Below are positions 1-8,890 of a stretch of 64,000 nucleotides of DNA, in pieces. A program made the position numbers and the translations under genes. The DNA is from Candidatus Pacearchaeota archaeon CG10_big_fil_rev_8_21_14_0_10_34_76 (GTDB taxonomy: Archaea; Nanobdellota; Nanobdellia; Pacearchaeales; GW2011-AR1): contig PFDB01000002.1 in assembly GCA_002763075.1 (NCBI GenBank), forward strand, positions 62,286 through 126,285, written 5' to 3'. Below the pieces are notes generated by a model. It searched no databases and was not told where the DNA came from. It saw only the letters and a program-made list of their open reading frames with translations. Positions within the stretch are counted from its first letter, which is position 1. Each line of letters starts with the position of its first letter.

Positions 1-65
1 TCTAATCCAAAATCTGAAAACCAGACTCTATAATCTAAAAACCTCGTATCTTTGTAGGGCATGGT

Positions 66-446
66 TTAGTATAAACCAGCAGAATCTCTTTTTGGCAAAT
101 CATTCGATCCACGATACACCTCTGCAAAAGATGGTGTTGCAAGAATCGTGTTCTCTCCAAAACCTGCTATCGAACCTTCAAGAGCGTCTACAGTCTTTTT
201 TATTTTTGAAATAGCTCTCTTTAATTCAATTATGTCTTTAGTTTTTATTGGTTTTATGTCTATAACTGCAATTGTATAACCTTCTCTTAATGAATTAAGA
301 ATTTCATTCACATCTTCAAATGTTCGTAAGGTAAATGGTCTGACCATTATCTTTTCCTTGCTTTTACTTCCCTGGTCAAGGTCTATTTCCACATAATCCG
401 AGGAAATATTGTCTTTTTTGAACATCTCTTTGAAATTAAATCCCAT
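66..446 (-). CDS. SepF-like cell-division protein (DUF552-like); N-terminal amphipathic MGFNFKEMFKK
   Basis: 126 aa; matches SepF domain size and N-terminal membrane-targeting helix. From memory only. Confidence 0.4.
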   Translation of the reverse strand: MGFNFKEMFKKDNISSDYVEIDLDQGSKSKEKIMVRPFTLRTFEDVNEILNSLREGYTIAVIDIKPIKTKDIIELKRAISKIKKTVDALEGSIAGFGENTILATPSFAEVYRGSNDLPKRDSAGLY

Positions 447-498
447 GAAGTTTTTTAATTAAGTCAGTATATAAAGATTTGTGTGTTATTTTAGAAAA

Positions 499-834
499 TC
501 ACTCTTTTTTATCTAAAAGTTGTTTTCTTCCTTCTTCTCTTAATTCCTTGGCTTTTGATTCGAGAAGCGCTTCTTGTTTTTCCATAGACACTATTCTTAT
601 TTCAGCTATTTTCTTTTTTTCTTCTAATTCCTTGACTATAGAGTCTTTGTTTGATTTCAACATGACCTGACCAACTATCTTATATATATCTCCCTCAGAT
701 TTTGATGCCTCATTCATTGCGTTAATTACCTCATTGAGTTCAAGAGAAAAAGCTTGTTTTTGCATTAGAATGTTCTGAAGGTTCTGCTCTAAAACTTGCA
801 TTTCTTGAACCACTTCAGGAGATATGTTTTCCAT
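499..834 (-). CDS. pfdB: prefoldin beta subunit
   Basis: 111 aa coiled-coil/hairpin/coiled-coil protein. Sits directly downstream of rpoP, as in the conserved archaeal L37ae-rpoP-pfdB cluster. Confidence 0.6.
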   Translation of the reverse strand: MENISPEVVQEMQVLEQNLQNILMQKQAFSLELNEVINAMNEASKSEGDIYKIVGQVMLKSNKDSIVKELEEKKKIAEIRIVSMEKQEALLESKAKELREEGRKQLLDKKE

Positions 835-835
835 A

Positions 836-973
836 TTAAATAGCTTTTAGCTTCACTATATGTCTGCGAGGCTTATAGAAAATCTTAGAGTTACAACCCG
901 GACATACAAATCTTTTTTCAAGTTGCTTGTTAGTAATCATCTTGCTGCATTTAAAACATTTATACTGTGCCAT
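836..973 (-). CDS. rpoP: DNA-directed RNA polymerase subunit P (Rpo12/RpoP), C4 zinc ribbon
   Basis: Manual translation MAQYKCFKCSKMITNKQLEKRFVCPGCNSKIFYKPRRHIVKLKAI (45 aa): CxxC...CxxC followed by KAI. Not in the ORF track because it is under 60 aa. Confidence 0.6.
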   Translation of the reverse strand: MAQYKCFKCSKMITNKQLEKRFVCPGCNSKIFYKPRRHIVKLKAI

Positions 974-1018
974 ATCTAATTTGGGAATAAAGGGTTTTTA
1001 AAGATTTGTCTTAATGAT

Positions 1019-1315
1019 TTATTTACCTGGAAGAGTTGTCTGTGCAAGATATGCTTCCAATTCTTCCTGGGTTTCTTTTATCCAATGTTTATCTCCTTGT
1101 CTTAATCTATCTTCAAGTCTTCTTCCTGTAGCCAAAGCACGAATACCAAAGTGAGTTCTATTGAACTGGCCTAAATCGAGGGCTTCTGCAGGGACATTTA
1201 TTGCTTCCATTTCCAACCATGCGCCTTCGAAATTACATCCATCTATTAATGGGACTACTCTTGTTTTGTACAGTTCCTCATAATCTTCAACTTCTATAGG
1301 ACGTGAATGGTACAT
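1019..1315 (-). CDS. hypothetical protein (98 aa) embedded in the L37ae-rpoP cluster
   Basis: Intact ORF, co-directional and tightly spaced with its neighbours. No family recognised. GC looks higher than flanking DNA. Confidence 0.3.
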   Translation of the reverse strand: MYHSRPIEVEDYEELYKTRVVPLIDGCNFEGAWLEMEAINVPAEALDLGQFNRTHFGIRALATGRRLEDRLRQGDKHWIKETQEELEAYLAQTTLPGK

Positions 1316-1332
1316 GATTTACTATTAAGAAA

Positions 1333-1554
1333 TTAATGTTTTAAATAATATGCACCAGATGCAAATCTTTTTCCACACTTTTTGCAATTCCAGATGCCTG
1401 AAGACTCCCTCTTAACACCTAGTTTTGAACAGTGGGGACAAACTTGCTTTTTTCTCTGCAAGAGTTCAATCTTATTCAATTTTGAACGAACGTTTGTACC
1501 GTATCCACTACCAAATCTTCCTGATGCTTTTATTTTTTTCTTTTTTGCTGCCAT
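1333..1554 (-). CDS. rpl37ae: 50S ribosomal protein L37ae
   Basis: 73 aa; C4 zinc ribbon CPHC...CKKC; ...RFGSGYGTNVR... typical of L37ae. Confidence 0.8.
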   Translation of the reverse strand: MAAKKKKIKASGRFGSGYGTNVRSKLNKIELLQRKKQVCPHCSKLGVKRESSGIWNCKKCGKRFASGAYYLKH

Positions 1555-1842
1555 CTTAAGAACACTAAATTTTTTCTTTGTGTTAAAGCAAGATGAAATT
1601 AAAGGTTTTTAAATTATTCTGTTAGTTTTTCAAGAATGCTTTTGATTATTTTTTAAGGTATTTTTGTTATTAGTTCTAAATTATTTCTAGGCTCAATTTG
1701 ATAGTGTCCATTATCCCATTACTCATTTTATCTAATCTCTGCTGAGTCAGAATCCCGCCAGATTCTAATGAATAATTGTCTGAGATTGCAAGTCCATGAT
1801 TCATGAGGGTTGAGATATAATTTAGTTAATAAATGTTAAGAA

Positions 1843-1916
1843 TGGGGTTGCCCGGATTTGAACCGGGGTCGCCAGGTCCCAAACCTGGAATCTTAACCAA
1901 GCTGGACTACAACCCC
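1843..1916 (-). tRNA. tRNA-Pro (anticodon TGG)
   Basis: Reverse complement GGGGTTGTAGTCC...CCAGG-TTTGGGA-CCTGG...CCCGG-TTCAAAT-CCGGG-CAACCCC-A folds as a cloverleaf: 7-bp acceptor stem, 5-bp anticodon stem, T-arm. No encoded CCA. Confidence 0.8.
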
Positions 1917-1970
1917 TGAATTAAAATTGATTGTTGAGTTTTTAAGTTTGACGTTAAACAAAATAAAGGA

Positions 1971-2642
1971 TTATTTTTTCTTGGCTGGCTTCTCATCTTT
2001 CTTTGCTGTAGCTGGAGTTGCAGTTGCAGCAGGAGCTGCAGTCTCTGCTGGTTTTTCTTCTGCCTTAGCGGCTTCAGCAGCTTTGGCGGCTGCTTCCTGC
2101 TTAGCGACAGTTTCGGAGAATACACCTGCTAATTGTTGTTTCTTCTCTTGAGAAACTTCTGTCTTTTCTTCTTTTATTTCCTTGCTGTAAACTCCTTGAG
2201 AAATGTCTTTTTGAAATTCTACTGCATTCTTTCCTTCAATCAGAACTCCGAGGGAAACACAGCTTCCAACTACGAGGTTTACTGCGGCACTTAAATCTTT
2301 TGCAAGCATGTTGGAGTGCTTTGTTTTTGCTATTGAAATAACTTGTTCTATTCCGAGATTTCCAACATAGGTCTTTCCTGCCTGACCTGAAGCTTTTGCT
2401 ATGCCTAATTCTTTCTTTATCAATTCTGCAACAGGTGGAGAAGATATATAGATTGTGTAATTTTTTGTTTTAGCATCCACATCAAGTTCAACTGGAACTT
2501 TCATTCCATTGAAACCTGCAGTGGCAGAATTTACATCTTCAATTACCTTTCCAAGATTTACACCCATTGGGCCAAGCTGTTGTGCTACTGCTGGACCTGG
2601 CTTCATATTGCCTCCATCCACTATTAGTTTTATTTTTGGCAT
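1971..2642 (-). CDS. rpl11: 50S ribosomal protein L11 with an Ala/Lys/Glu/Thr/Pro-rich C-terminal tail of about 60 aa
   Basis: N-terminus MPKIKLIVDGGNMKPGPAVAQQLGPMGVNL...PVEL is the canonical L11 fold. The tail AAAKAAEAAKAEEKPAETAAPAATATPATAKKDEKPAKKK is low-complexity. Confidence 0.85.
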   Translation of the reverse strand: MPKIKLIVDGGNMKPGPAVAQQLGPMGVNLGKVIEDVNSATAGFNGMKVPVELDVDAKTKNYTIYISSPPVAELIKKELGIAKASGQAGKTYVGNLGIEQVISIAKTKHSNMLAKDLSAAVNLVVGSCVSLGVLIEGKNAVEFQKDISQGVYSKEIKEEKTEVSQEKKQQLAGVFSETVAKQEAAAKAAEAAKAEEKPAETAAPAATATPATAKKDEKPAKKK

Positions 2643-2643
2643 G

Positions 2644-3111
2644 TTATTGGTCTTCCTTTTCCTCTTCCTCGTTATCTTCTCTCCTTATAACTCTTATGTT
2701 GTCCATTTTTACTGTAACTGGAATAGGAACCGCAGCTCCAAGAAGTGAAACGACGACTTCTCCCTTTTGCTTATCTATACGCATTACCTTTCCTTTCTCT
2801 TTCTTGAAAAGTTCTGCTATCATTTCTACTATATCTCCTACCTGGATATTTAAGTCCTCAACTTCTGGCTCCACCATATTTTTCACCTCTTCATAATCAA
2901 CATTCTTACCTAGAATGCCCTTAACATAAGGTTGATTGAAAACTGCTTCTTCTGCTGAATCTCTGTCTTCTGCCTCGAGAATTATATACCCCCTCAGCCC
3001 GTGGGGTCTTACAATGGAGAAAACTCTTAGCTCTTTTTTTTGAGCCCTCTGGCTTATTAATTCTGCTGCTCTTTCTTCCTTGTTTGTTGTGACTTTGATA
3101 ATAAAAATCAT
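2644..3111 (-). CDS. spt5: transcription elongation factor Spt5 (NusG homolog)
   Basis: MIFIIKVTTNKEERAAE... NGN domain plus KOW (GDIVEMIAELFKKEKGKV). Start placed at Met13 of the 167-aa ORF. Sits between secE and rpl11. Confidence 0.8.
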   Translation of the reverse strand: MIFIIKVTTNKEERAAELISQRAQKKELRVFSIVRPHGLRGYIILEAEDRDSAEEAVFNQPYVKGILGKNVDYEEVKNMVEPEVEDLNIQVGDIVEMIAELFKKEKGKVMRIDKQKGEVVVSLLGAAVPIPVTVKMDNIRVIRREDNEEEEKEDQ

Positions 3112-3197
3112 TTTTCTTGCACTACTCCATGAATCAAGAATACTCAAGAAGTAGTAATTTTAAAGATTTGTCAAGGTTTTTAAATATTTCCCCTAGC

Positions 3198-3368
3198 TCA
3201 GAAAAACATCCTTACTACCACCGAGATGACAAATCCTAATAATCCCAAGACAAGAAGACCAATTGCAGAGACCTTGCTTATTGTGAAAAACTCCTGTTTG
3301 GTTGGTCTCTTTAAGATTTTCCATACCCTAAGAGATTGAAGTATGAATGATTTTAGTTTTCTATGCAT
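3198..3368 (-). CDS. secE: preprotein translocase subunit SecE/Sec61-gamma
   Basis: Manual translation MHRKLKSFILQSLRVWKILKRPTKQEFFTISKVSAIGLLVLGLLGFVISVVVRMFF: KRPTKQEF motif plus a single C-terminal TM helix. Conserved ftsZ-secE-spt5-rpl11 order. Confidence 0.65.
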   Translation of the reverse strand: MHRKLKSFILQSLRVWKILKRPTKQEFFTISKVSAIGLLVLGLLGFVISVVVRMFF

Positions 3369-3398
3369 GTGAGATAAAACATAAGCCTGTTTTTAAAA

Positions 3399-4493
3399 TT
3401 AACCTTGGTCTTGTAAAAAGCGAATTCCGAGCTCACTTTCTAATTGGTTATCTGAAAAGTCCTTATCCGAAGATGCTCCAAGAATTTGTGAGCTTTTAAC
3501 TCCAGTAACTATCAACAGTACCTTAATGGATTTCTCCATGTCTGCAGATATTTGTGCGCCAGAAATTATTTTTGCATCTGGAGATATTTTTCTTCCTAAC
3601 TCCTGCATGATTATTTTATACTCCTCCAAAGACATATCTGGCCCACCTATGATATTGACCAATGCTCCCTTTGCATCGCTAATATTTACATCCAGTAAAG
3701 GATTATTGATTGCCCTATTCACTGCTTCAATTGCTCTGCCTTGGGCTGAATCTGATTCTCCTATGCCTATCAATGAAACTCCTCCGTTTGACATAACTGT
3801 TTTTATATCTGCAAAATCGAGATTTACTAATCCAGAGGTCGTTATCAGTTCAGCTATACCCTTGACGGAGTTGGTTAGAATTTCATCTGCAACCTTAAAT
3901 GCAGTATGTAATGGAAGTTCTGGGGCTAACTCGAGAAGTTTATCATTGGGTATTACTATCAATGTGTCTGTAATTGCCTGCATCCTCTCAAGACCATATT
4001 GTGCATTCTCAATTCTCTTTTGTCCTTCAACTGTAAATGGAAGTGTTACTATCCCTATTGTTAGTGCTCCTTGTCTTTTTGCTATGTCTGCAACAACAGG
4101 TGCTGCTCCAGTCCCAGTTCCACCTCCAAGACCGCATGTAATGAATACCATGTCAGAATTGGATAATTTTTTCTTTAATTCTTGTTCCGATTCTTTTGCA
4201 GCCTCTTCACCAATTTTTGGGTTACTTCCTGCGCCTAGCCCGTGAGTTAATTCACGGCCAATCAATATTTTATGATCTGCATTAGCATAAAGAAGATCTT
4301 GTGCATCTGTATTCAATGCTATGACCTCACAGCCCTTTACACCGACTTCCTTCATTCTAGAGACTGAGTTTCCTCCTCCTCCACCGCATCCAACAACTTT
4401 TATACGAGCACTTTGTTTTTTTAGCAATGATTCTAGTTCTTGATCTATAGAATGAGAGTCAGGATAGTTTTTTTCAATATTTATATCAACCAT
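3399..4493 (-). CDS. ftsZ: cell division GTPase FtsZ
   Basis: Tubulin signature GGGTGTG(A)AP (VVGCGGGGGN...CGLGGGTGTGAAPVVADIAK); 364 aa. Confidence 0.9.
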   Translation of the reverse strand: MVDINIEKNYPDSHSIDQELESLLKKQSARIKVVGCGGGGGNSVSRMKEVGVKGCEVIALNTDAQDLLYANADHKILIGRELTHGLGAGSNPKIGEEAAKESEQELKKKLSNSDMVFITCGLGGGTGTGAAPVVADIAKRQGALTIGIVTLPFTVEGQKRIENAQYGLERMQAITDTLIVIPNDKLLELAPELPLHTAFKVADEILTNSVKGIAELITTSGLVNLDFADIKTVMSNGGVSLIGIGESDSAQGRAIEAVNRAINNPLLDVNISDAKGALVNIIGGPDMSLEEYKIIMQELGRKISPDAKIISGAQISADMEKSIKVLLIVTGVKSSQILGASSDKDFSDNQLESELGIRFLQDQG

Positions 4494-4557
4494 CTGGAAA
4501 AGAAATGAAATGTCTTTATAAGGATTTTTATACTACTGTTTTTTACGACGAAAAGAC

Positions 4558-5220
4558 TTATTCTGAAGTAGTTTGTTCATTTTTAGACGTCTTAACCTCT
4601 TCTATGAATTCGAGATTCTTTCCTATTAATTCCTTAAATGTTTCTGAAAAGTTGTTAACTAAATATTGAAGCATTTTGTGTCCTTTGACAATGATTTTAT
4701 CGTTATTTATATCAAAATCTGGGATGGTTCTAAAAAAGAAATCGAAAAGAGATTCAACTTTTTCTTTTTCATCATTTACCTTTCTTTTTATTATGAATGT
4801 GTATTCAAGATCTTTTCCTGCAAGAGGATTATTGAAGTCTGTTATAACTCTTGCTCCTGAAATTGTGATGACCTTCACAACCATATTATCTAAAAAGAGT
4901 GTTTCTCCAGGATGGGGCATCACCTTTTGCTCTGTAAAAACTCTTAGAGGGATTGTTTTTACCAAATCTTTTTTTCTTTCTCCAAATCCTTCTTTGTAGG
5001 GAATTGTTATTGAATATTCTTTTCCAATCTCTTTTCCTTCTAACTGCTTGTCTAGTCCGGATACCACCATGCCTTCACCTATGCAGACAATTGTCTTTTT
5101 AGGTTTTGCTTCAGGATTTATTTTAATTAAATCTGATAAAATATTTGTATCAAATATATCTCCATTTGCCTTTCCAGTAAACTCAAGTTCTATAAAATCT
5201 TTTTTTGAAACAATTTCCAT
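4558..5220 (-). CDS. FKBP-type peptidyl-prolyl cis-trans isomerase (long archaeal type)
   Basis: GEGMVVSGLDKQLEGKEIGKEY...IPYKEGFGERKKDLVKTIPLRVF FKBP core with an inserted flap. Start taken at the internal Met (MEIVSKK). Confidence 0.6.
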   Translation of the reverse strand: MEIVSKKDFIELEFTGKANGDIFDTNILSDLIKINPEAKPKKTIVCIGEGMVVSGLDKQLEGKEIGKEYSITIPYKEGFGERKKDLVKTIPLRVFTEQKVMPHPGETLFLDNMVVKVITISGARVITDFNNPLAGKDLEYTFIIKRKVNDEKEKVESLFDFFFRTIPDFDINNDKIIVKGHKMLQYLVNNFSETFKELIGKNLEFIEEVKTSKNEQTTSE

Positions 5221-5278
5221 TTTTGTGTAAAACCATGGGAATAACAAGTTTTATAAACGTTTCTTGTGAAATTCAATA

Positions 5279-5668
5279 ATGGTTTTAAAATTAATTGATG
5301 CTACACAGGCTCGATCAGGAGTAAATATTTTGATTGACGGGGAAGCATATACAGTCAAATCTAACGACATTAGTAAATCCGGAAAGCATGGGGCTAGCAA
5401 GTGTAGAATAGAGGCAGTTAGTCTTACTGGAGGTAAGAAAAAAGTATTGGCAGTTCCTGGACATTTAAGATTTGAAGTACCGATGATAGATAAAAGAAAA
5501 GGCCAGATTTTAAGTGTGGGAGATCATAACGCAAGTGTTATGGATCTCGAAAGCTTTGAGACATTAGATTTACCATATCCTGAAGAAGTAGCTGGAGATC
5601 TTGTTCCTGAGAAACAAGTTGAGTATTGGGATATTGAGGGATATAAGGTAATAAGGAGAGTATTATAA
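5279..5668 (+). CDS. eif5a: translation initiation factor 5A (aIF5A), hypusine loop SKSGKHGASKC
   Basis: 129 aa; an N-terminal SH3-like domain carrying the GKHG hypusine loop, plus an OB domain. Confidence 0.85.
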   Translation: MVLKLIDATQARSGVNILIDGEAYTVKSNDISKSGKHGASKCRIEAVSLTGGKKKVLAVPGHLRFEVPMIDKRKGQILSVGDHNASVMDLESFETLDLPYPEEVAGDLVPEKQVEYWDIEGYKVIRRVL

Positions 5669-5669
5669 T

Positions 5670-5840
5670 ATGGCAACCAAAATACCTGCCGCGCAGGCAA
5701 GACTTTTCAAGAATGTTTTTGTTTGCAAGAGCTGTGGACAGAAAATGAAAACTGATTCAATAAGAGTTATTGCTAAAAAAGTCAAGTGTAGAAAGTGCAG
5801 TAAAAAGAATTTTCGTGCTATAAAGGCGAAGAAAAAATAG
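5670..5840 (+). CDS. rpl40e: 50S ribosomal protein L40e
   Basis: Manual translation MATKIPAAQARLFKNVFVCKSCGQKMKTDSIRVIAKKVKCRKCSKKNFRAIKAKKK. ARLF...C-x2-C...CRKC matches the L40e zinc ribbon. Under 60 aa, so absent from the ORF track. Confidence 0.7.
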   Translation: MATKIPAAQARLFKNVFVCKSCGQKMKTDSIRVIAKKVKCRKCSKKNFRAIKAKKK

Positions 5841-5846
5841 GTGTAA

Positions 5847-7280
5847 ATGGTAAGCTTTTGGGTATATGATGTTGCATTTCTTGTATTGTTCACATTATTC
5901 ATAATAGTGTTTCTTCATAAAAAAAGGGCGAACTTAGAAAGACAAGGAATACTATTTCTTTACAAAACAAAGTTAGGAATTAAGTTAATGGATTGGACTG
6001 TTGATAAATTTAGAGGATTCTTGAAGCCATTACAATATATTGTTGTAGCATCCGGGTTTATCTTAATGATTTCTATGATTTGGCTTTTAATCAAGACTGT
6101 TTATTTGTATATGACCTCCCCAATCATAATCCAGTTGATAAGGGCTCCACCTATTGCACCATTGATACCTTACTTTCCTACTTTATTTAATATGGAGTCA
6201 TTTTTCCCCCAGCTTTACTTTACCTATTTCCTCATAGCACTAGTTATTGTGGCTGTGAGTCATGAATTTGCACATGGAATATTTGCAAGATTTTATAAAA
6301 TTAGAATAAAGACCACAGGATTTGCTTTTTTAGGACCTATTCTTGGAGCATTTGTAGAACCGGATGAAAAACAGATGCAAAAAGCAAAGAAATTCCCACA
6401 ACTTACAATTCTTGCTGCAGGAACGTTTGCTAATGTTGTTATGACTGTGATATTCGGATTAATACTTGGAGGATTTTTTGCATTGAGTTTTGCTCCTGCT
6501 GGAATCAATTTTAACACTTATGGGTCTGAACAGATTAATGTTGATTCTATAAATTCTATAAATGGGCAGCAAATAAATGATATATCTCAGATAGCTGGAA
6601 TGTTAAGCGATGAAAACTTACTAATAGATATCAGCGCATCTTCACTTGAAGGCACACAAAAAAACTATTTGATTAGAGAAAATAATCTTAAATTTGCTAT
6701 AGAAGCTAGTGCGGAACAGATAACTGTTTTTGATGATTCTCCTGCTGCAAGAAGTGGTCTTAGGGGGCCAATTACCCAGATAAATGGGGAGAAGATAACG
6801 AGCATAAAAAGTTTGCAAAATGAGTTGAACAATTACTCTCCGGGAGATGAGATAATTGTAACTACGAAGCAAGATGGGAATGTAGATAATCATGAATTAA
6901 TTCTTGGTGAGAGAAATGGTCAAGCTTATCTTGGGATTGGATTCCTTAATTCAGGGAGAGGAGGAGTTATCGGATGGTTTATGACAAATGTGGTTGAGAA
7001 TGTGAAAGATCCATTCATATATTACGAATCAAGGTGGGATGGAGATTTTGCGTGGTTTATCTATTATCTATTATGGTGGATTGTGATAATCAATATACTT
7101 GTTGCATTGTTTAATATGCTTCCTGTTTCAATATTGGATGGAGGAAGATTCTTTTATCTTTCTGTATGGGGAATCACTGGAAGTGAAAAAATAGGAAAGA
7201 AGGCGTTTGCGTTTGCAACATGGTTCATTGTTGCATTGCTTATATTGATGATGGTGAGATGGGCGATAAGCTTTTTCTAA
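5847..7280 (+). CDS. site-2 protease (M50 zinc metalloprotease) with PDZ domain
   Basis: HEFAHG zinc motif; a PDZ-like segment (DDSPAARSGLRGPITQINGEKI); NMLPVSILDGG (LDG motif); multiple TM segments. Confidence 0.75.
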   Translation: MVSFWVYDVAFLVLFTLFIIVFLHKKRANLERQGILFLYKTKLGIKLMDWTVDKFRGFLKPLQYIVVASGFILMISMIWLLIKTVYLYMTSPIIIQLIRAPPIAPLIPYFPTLFNMESFFPQLYFTYFLIALVIVAVSHEFAHGIFARFYKIRIKTTGFAFLGPILGAFVEPDEKQMQKAKKFPQLTILAAGTFANVVMTVIFGLILGGFFALSFAPAGINFNTYGSEQINVDSINSINGQQINDISQIAGMLSDENLLIDISASSLEGTQKNYLIRENNLKFAIEASAEQITVFDDSPAARSGLRGPITQINGEKITSIKSLQNELNNYSPGDEIIVTTKQDGNVDNHELILGERNGQAYLGIGFLNSGRGGVIGWFMTNVVENVKDPFIYYESRWDGDFAWFIYYLLWWIVIINILVALFNMLPVSILDGGRFFYLSVWGITGSEKIGKKAFAFATWFIVALLILMMVRWAISFF

Positions 7281-7309
7281 CTTATAGCTTCAAATAATTA
7301 TTTTTTGAA

Positions 7310-7675
7310 TCAATTAATCATCTCAACGCCGTTCTTTGTGAATGCTACAAGACGGATTCCAACAGGAAGAGAGAGTAGTGCTGAAATAAGAGCCATATGT
7401 TCTTTTCCATTTCCAGAAGCTATTGATAAATGTGCATCGAATTCAGAGAATTTTCCCTTGATTTTATCAGAGATTTCTTTTTTTAATTCTAAAAGCTTTT
7501 TTGACGAGTCTACAGAAATTAGTTCAGCTTTTGAGTGATATGGGAAAGTATTTGCATTTTGATTTTTGATCAAAAAGATTTTTCCCCATTCTCCCCTATT
7601 TATCAAACCTGTCACTTGCCCCCAATTTTCTTTATCATCACCAATGAATGCTACTAAGTCCATGTTAAACTTCAA
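7310..7675 (-). CDS. hypothetical protein (121 aa)
   Basis: Intact ORF; no family recognised. Confidence 0.3.
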   Translation of the reverse strand: MKFNMDLVAFIGDDKENWGQVTGLINRGEWGKIFLIKNQNANTFPYHSKAELISVDSSKKLLELKKEISDKIKGKFSEFDAHLSIASGNGKEHMALISALLSLPVGIRLVAFTKNGVEMIN

Positions 7676-7713
7676 ATAAGTAGATTTATAATTATTGCTA
7701 TACTGAAACCCAT

Positions 7714-8178
7714 ATGGTTAAAGATTTGCCGTTGAACGAGATCACACTTAGAAAATATGAAAGGCCATACAAGTCTTCTAGAAGAGAGCTTGTGAAAAAG
7801 ATATGCTTATCAATAGGATTGTTGCAGCCTGGTGACTCTAGAGACGTTATTGTTGATATCCTCCTTGTTTTAGACAATGCAAGAAAAAAAAGAGAAGAAA
7901 TGACTTCATTTACTATAATAGAACAAATAGAGAAAATAAGAAAATCTCATTCTCTTGAGATAAAGGGAATTGCAGAAAGCAATGTTAGAAGGCAATTGAA
8001 AAGATTGAGAGATATAATGATTGTTGACAAAAAGAATAATTTTTACAGACTTTCTGAGTTTGAACCATTGTCTGAAATATTTGAAAAAAAAATTGAGAAT
8101 TTTATAATACCTCAGACTGTCGATAGGGTGAAAGACTATTTGAAAATGTTTGATGAGCCTGAAGGACAACATTTATAA
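7714..8178 (+). CDS. hypothetical protein (154 aa), possible winged-helix regulator
   Basis: Divergent from the 7310-7675 ORF. Basic N-terminus. No confident family. Confidence 0.3.
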   Translation: MVKDLPLNEITLRKYERPYKSSRRELVKKICLSIGLLQPGDSRDVIVDILLVLDNARKKREEMTSFTIIEQIEKIRKSHSLEIKGIAESNVRRQLKRLRDIMIVDKKNNFYRLSEFEPLSEIFEKKIENFIIPQTVDRVKDYLKMFDEPEGQHL

Positions 8179-8263
8179 ATCCCAAATTTCTAGCTGAATT
8201 ACCGTATAACTACATCCAGGTATTATATGTTCTATGAATGTCTGGCGTAATGTAGGAGGATAA

Positions 8264-8890
8264 ATGCAAGCAGTAGAATTGAAACAAGCACTTGAAGAGT
8301 TAAGAAAAGAAAAGAAAAGAAAATTTTCGCAAACTGTAGAACTAATTGTGAATCTGCGAAGTGTTGACCTTAGAAAAGATAATATCGCAATCCTTGCCTC
8401 AATTCCAAATAAGGTAAAGGACAAGAAAGTTTGTGGTTTTTTTGAGAAAAAGAACCCTTTGATAAGTACAATTACAAAAGCTGAATTCCAAAAATATTCC
8501 GAGAAGAATGCATTAAGAAAAATTGTCGATGAATTTGATTTTTTTATTGCTAACGCTAAATTAATGCCTTCTGTTGCATCAACATTTGGTAAGGCCTTGG
8601 GTCCTGCAGGAAAAATGCCTTCTCCTCAATTAGGGATTATCCCTGAAGAAAGAGATGATTTAATCAAACCATTGCTAGAGAGAATATCTAAATCTGTGAA
8701 GATGAGAGCGAAGGAAGCAAGCATAAAGGTTCCTATAGGAAATGAGTCTATGAAGGATGAAGAAATAATTGCTAACATCAAGGCAGTTCATGCTGCAGTC
8801 ATTAGTTCTCTTCCAAAGAAAGAAGAAAATGTGAAGAATACCCTAATAAAGTTCACAATGAGCAAACCAATTGCTGTGGAGGTCAAATGA
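8264..8890 (+). CDS. rpl1: 50S ribosomal protein L1
   Basis: 208 aa; FSQTVELIVNL... L1 pattern. Followed by L10 and L12. Confidence 0.85.
   Translation: MQAVELKQALEELRKEKKRKFSQTVELIVNLRSVDLRKDNIAILASIPNKVKDKKVCGFFEKKNPLISTITKAEFQKYSEKNALRKIVDEFDFFIANAKLMPSVASTFGKALGPAGKMPSPQLGIIPEERDDLIKPLLERISKSVKMRAKEASIKVPIGNESMKDEEIIANIKAVHAAVISSLPKKEENVKNTLIKFTMSKPIAVEVK

Noticed and set aside
3526-4245. 239-aa ORF antisense to ftsZ, and the many 60-110-aa ORFs antisense to r-protein, SecY, AglB and GT genes in the six-frame track
   Set aside because: They lie fully inside well-supported genes on the opposite strand. Their composition is low-complexity and Ser/Phe/Leu-rich, as expected from AT-rich antisense frames. 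There is no independent support.
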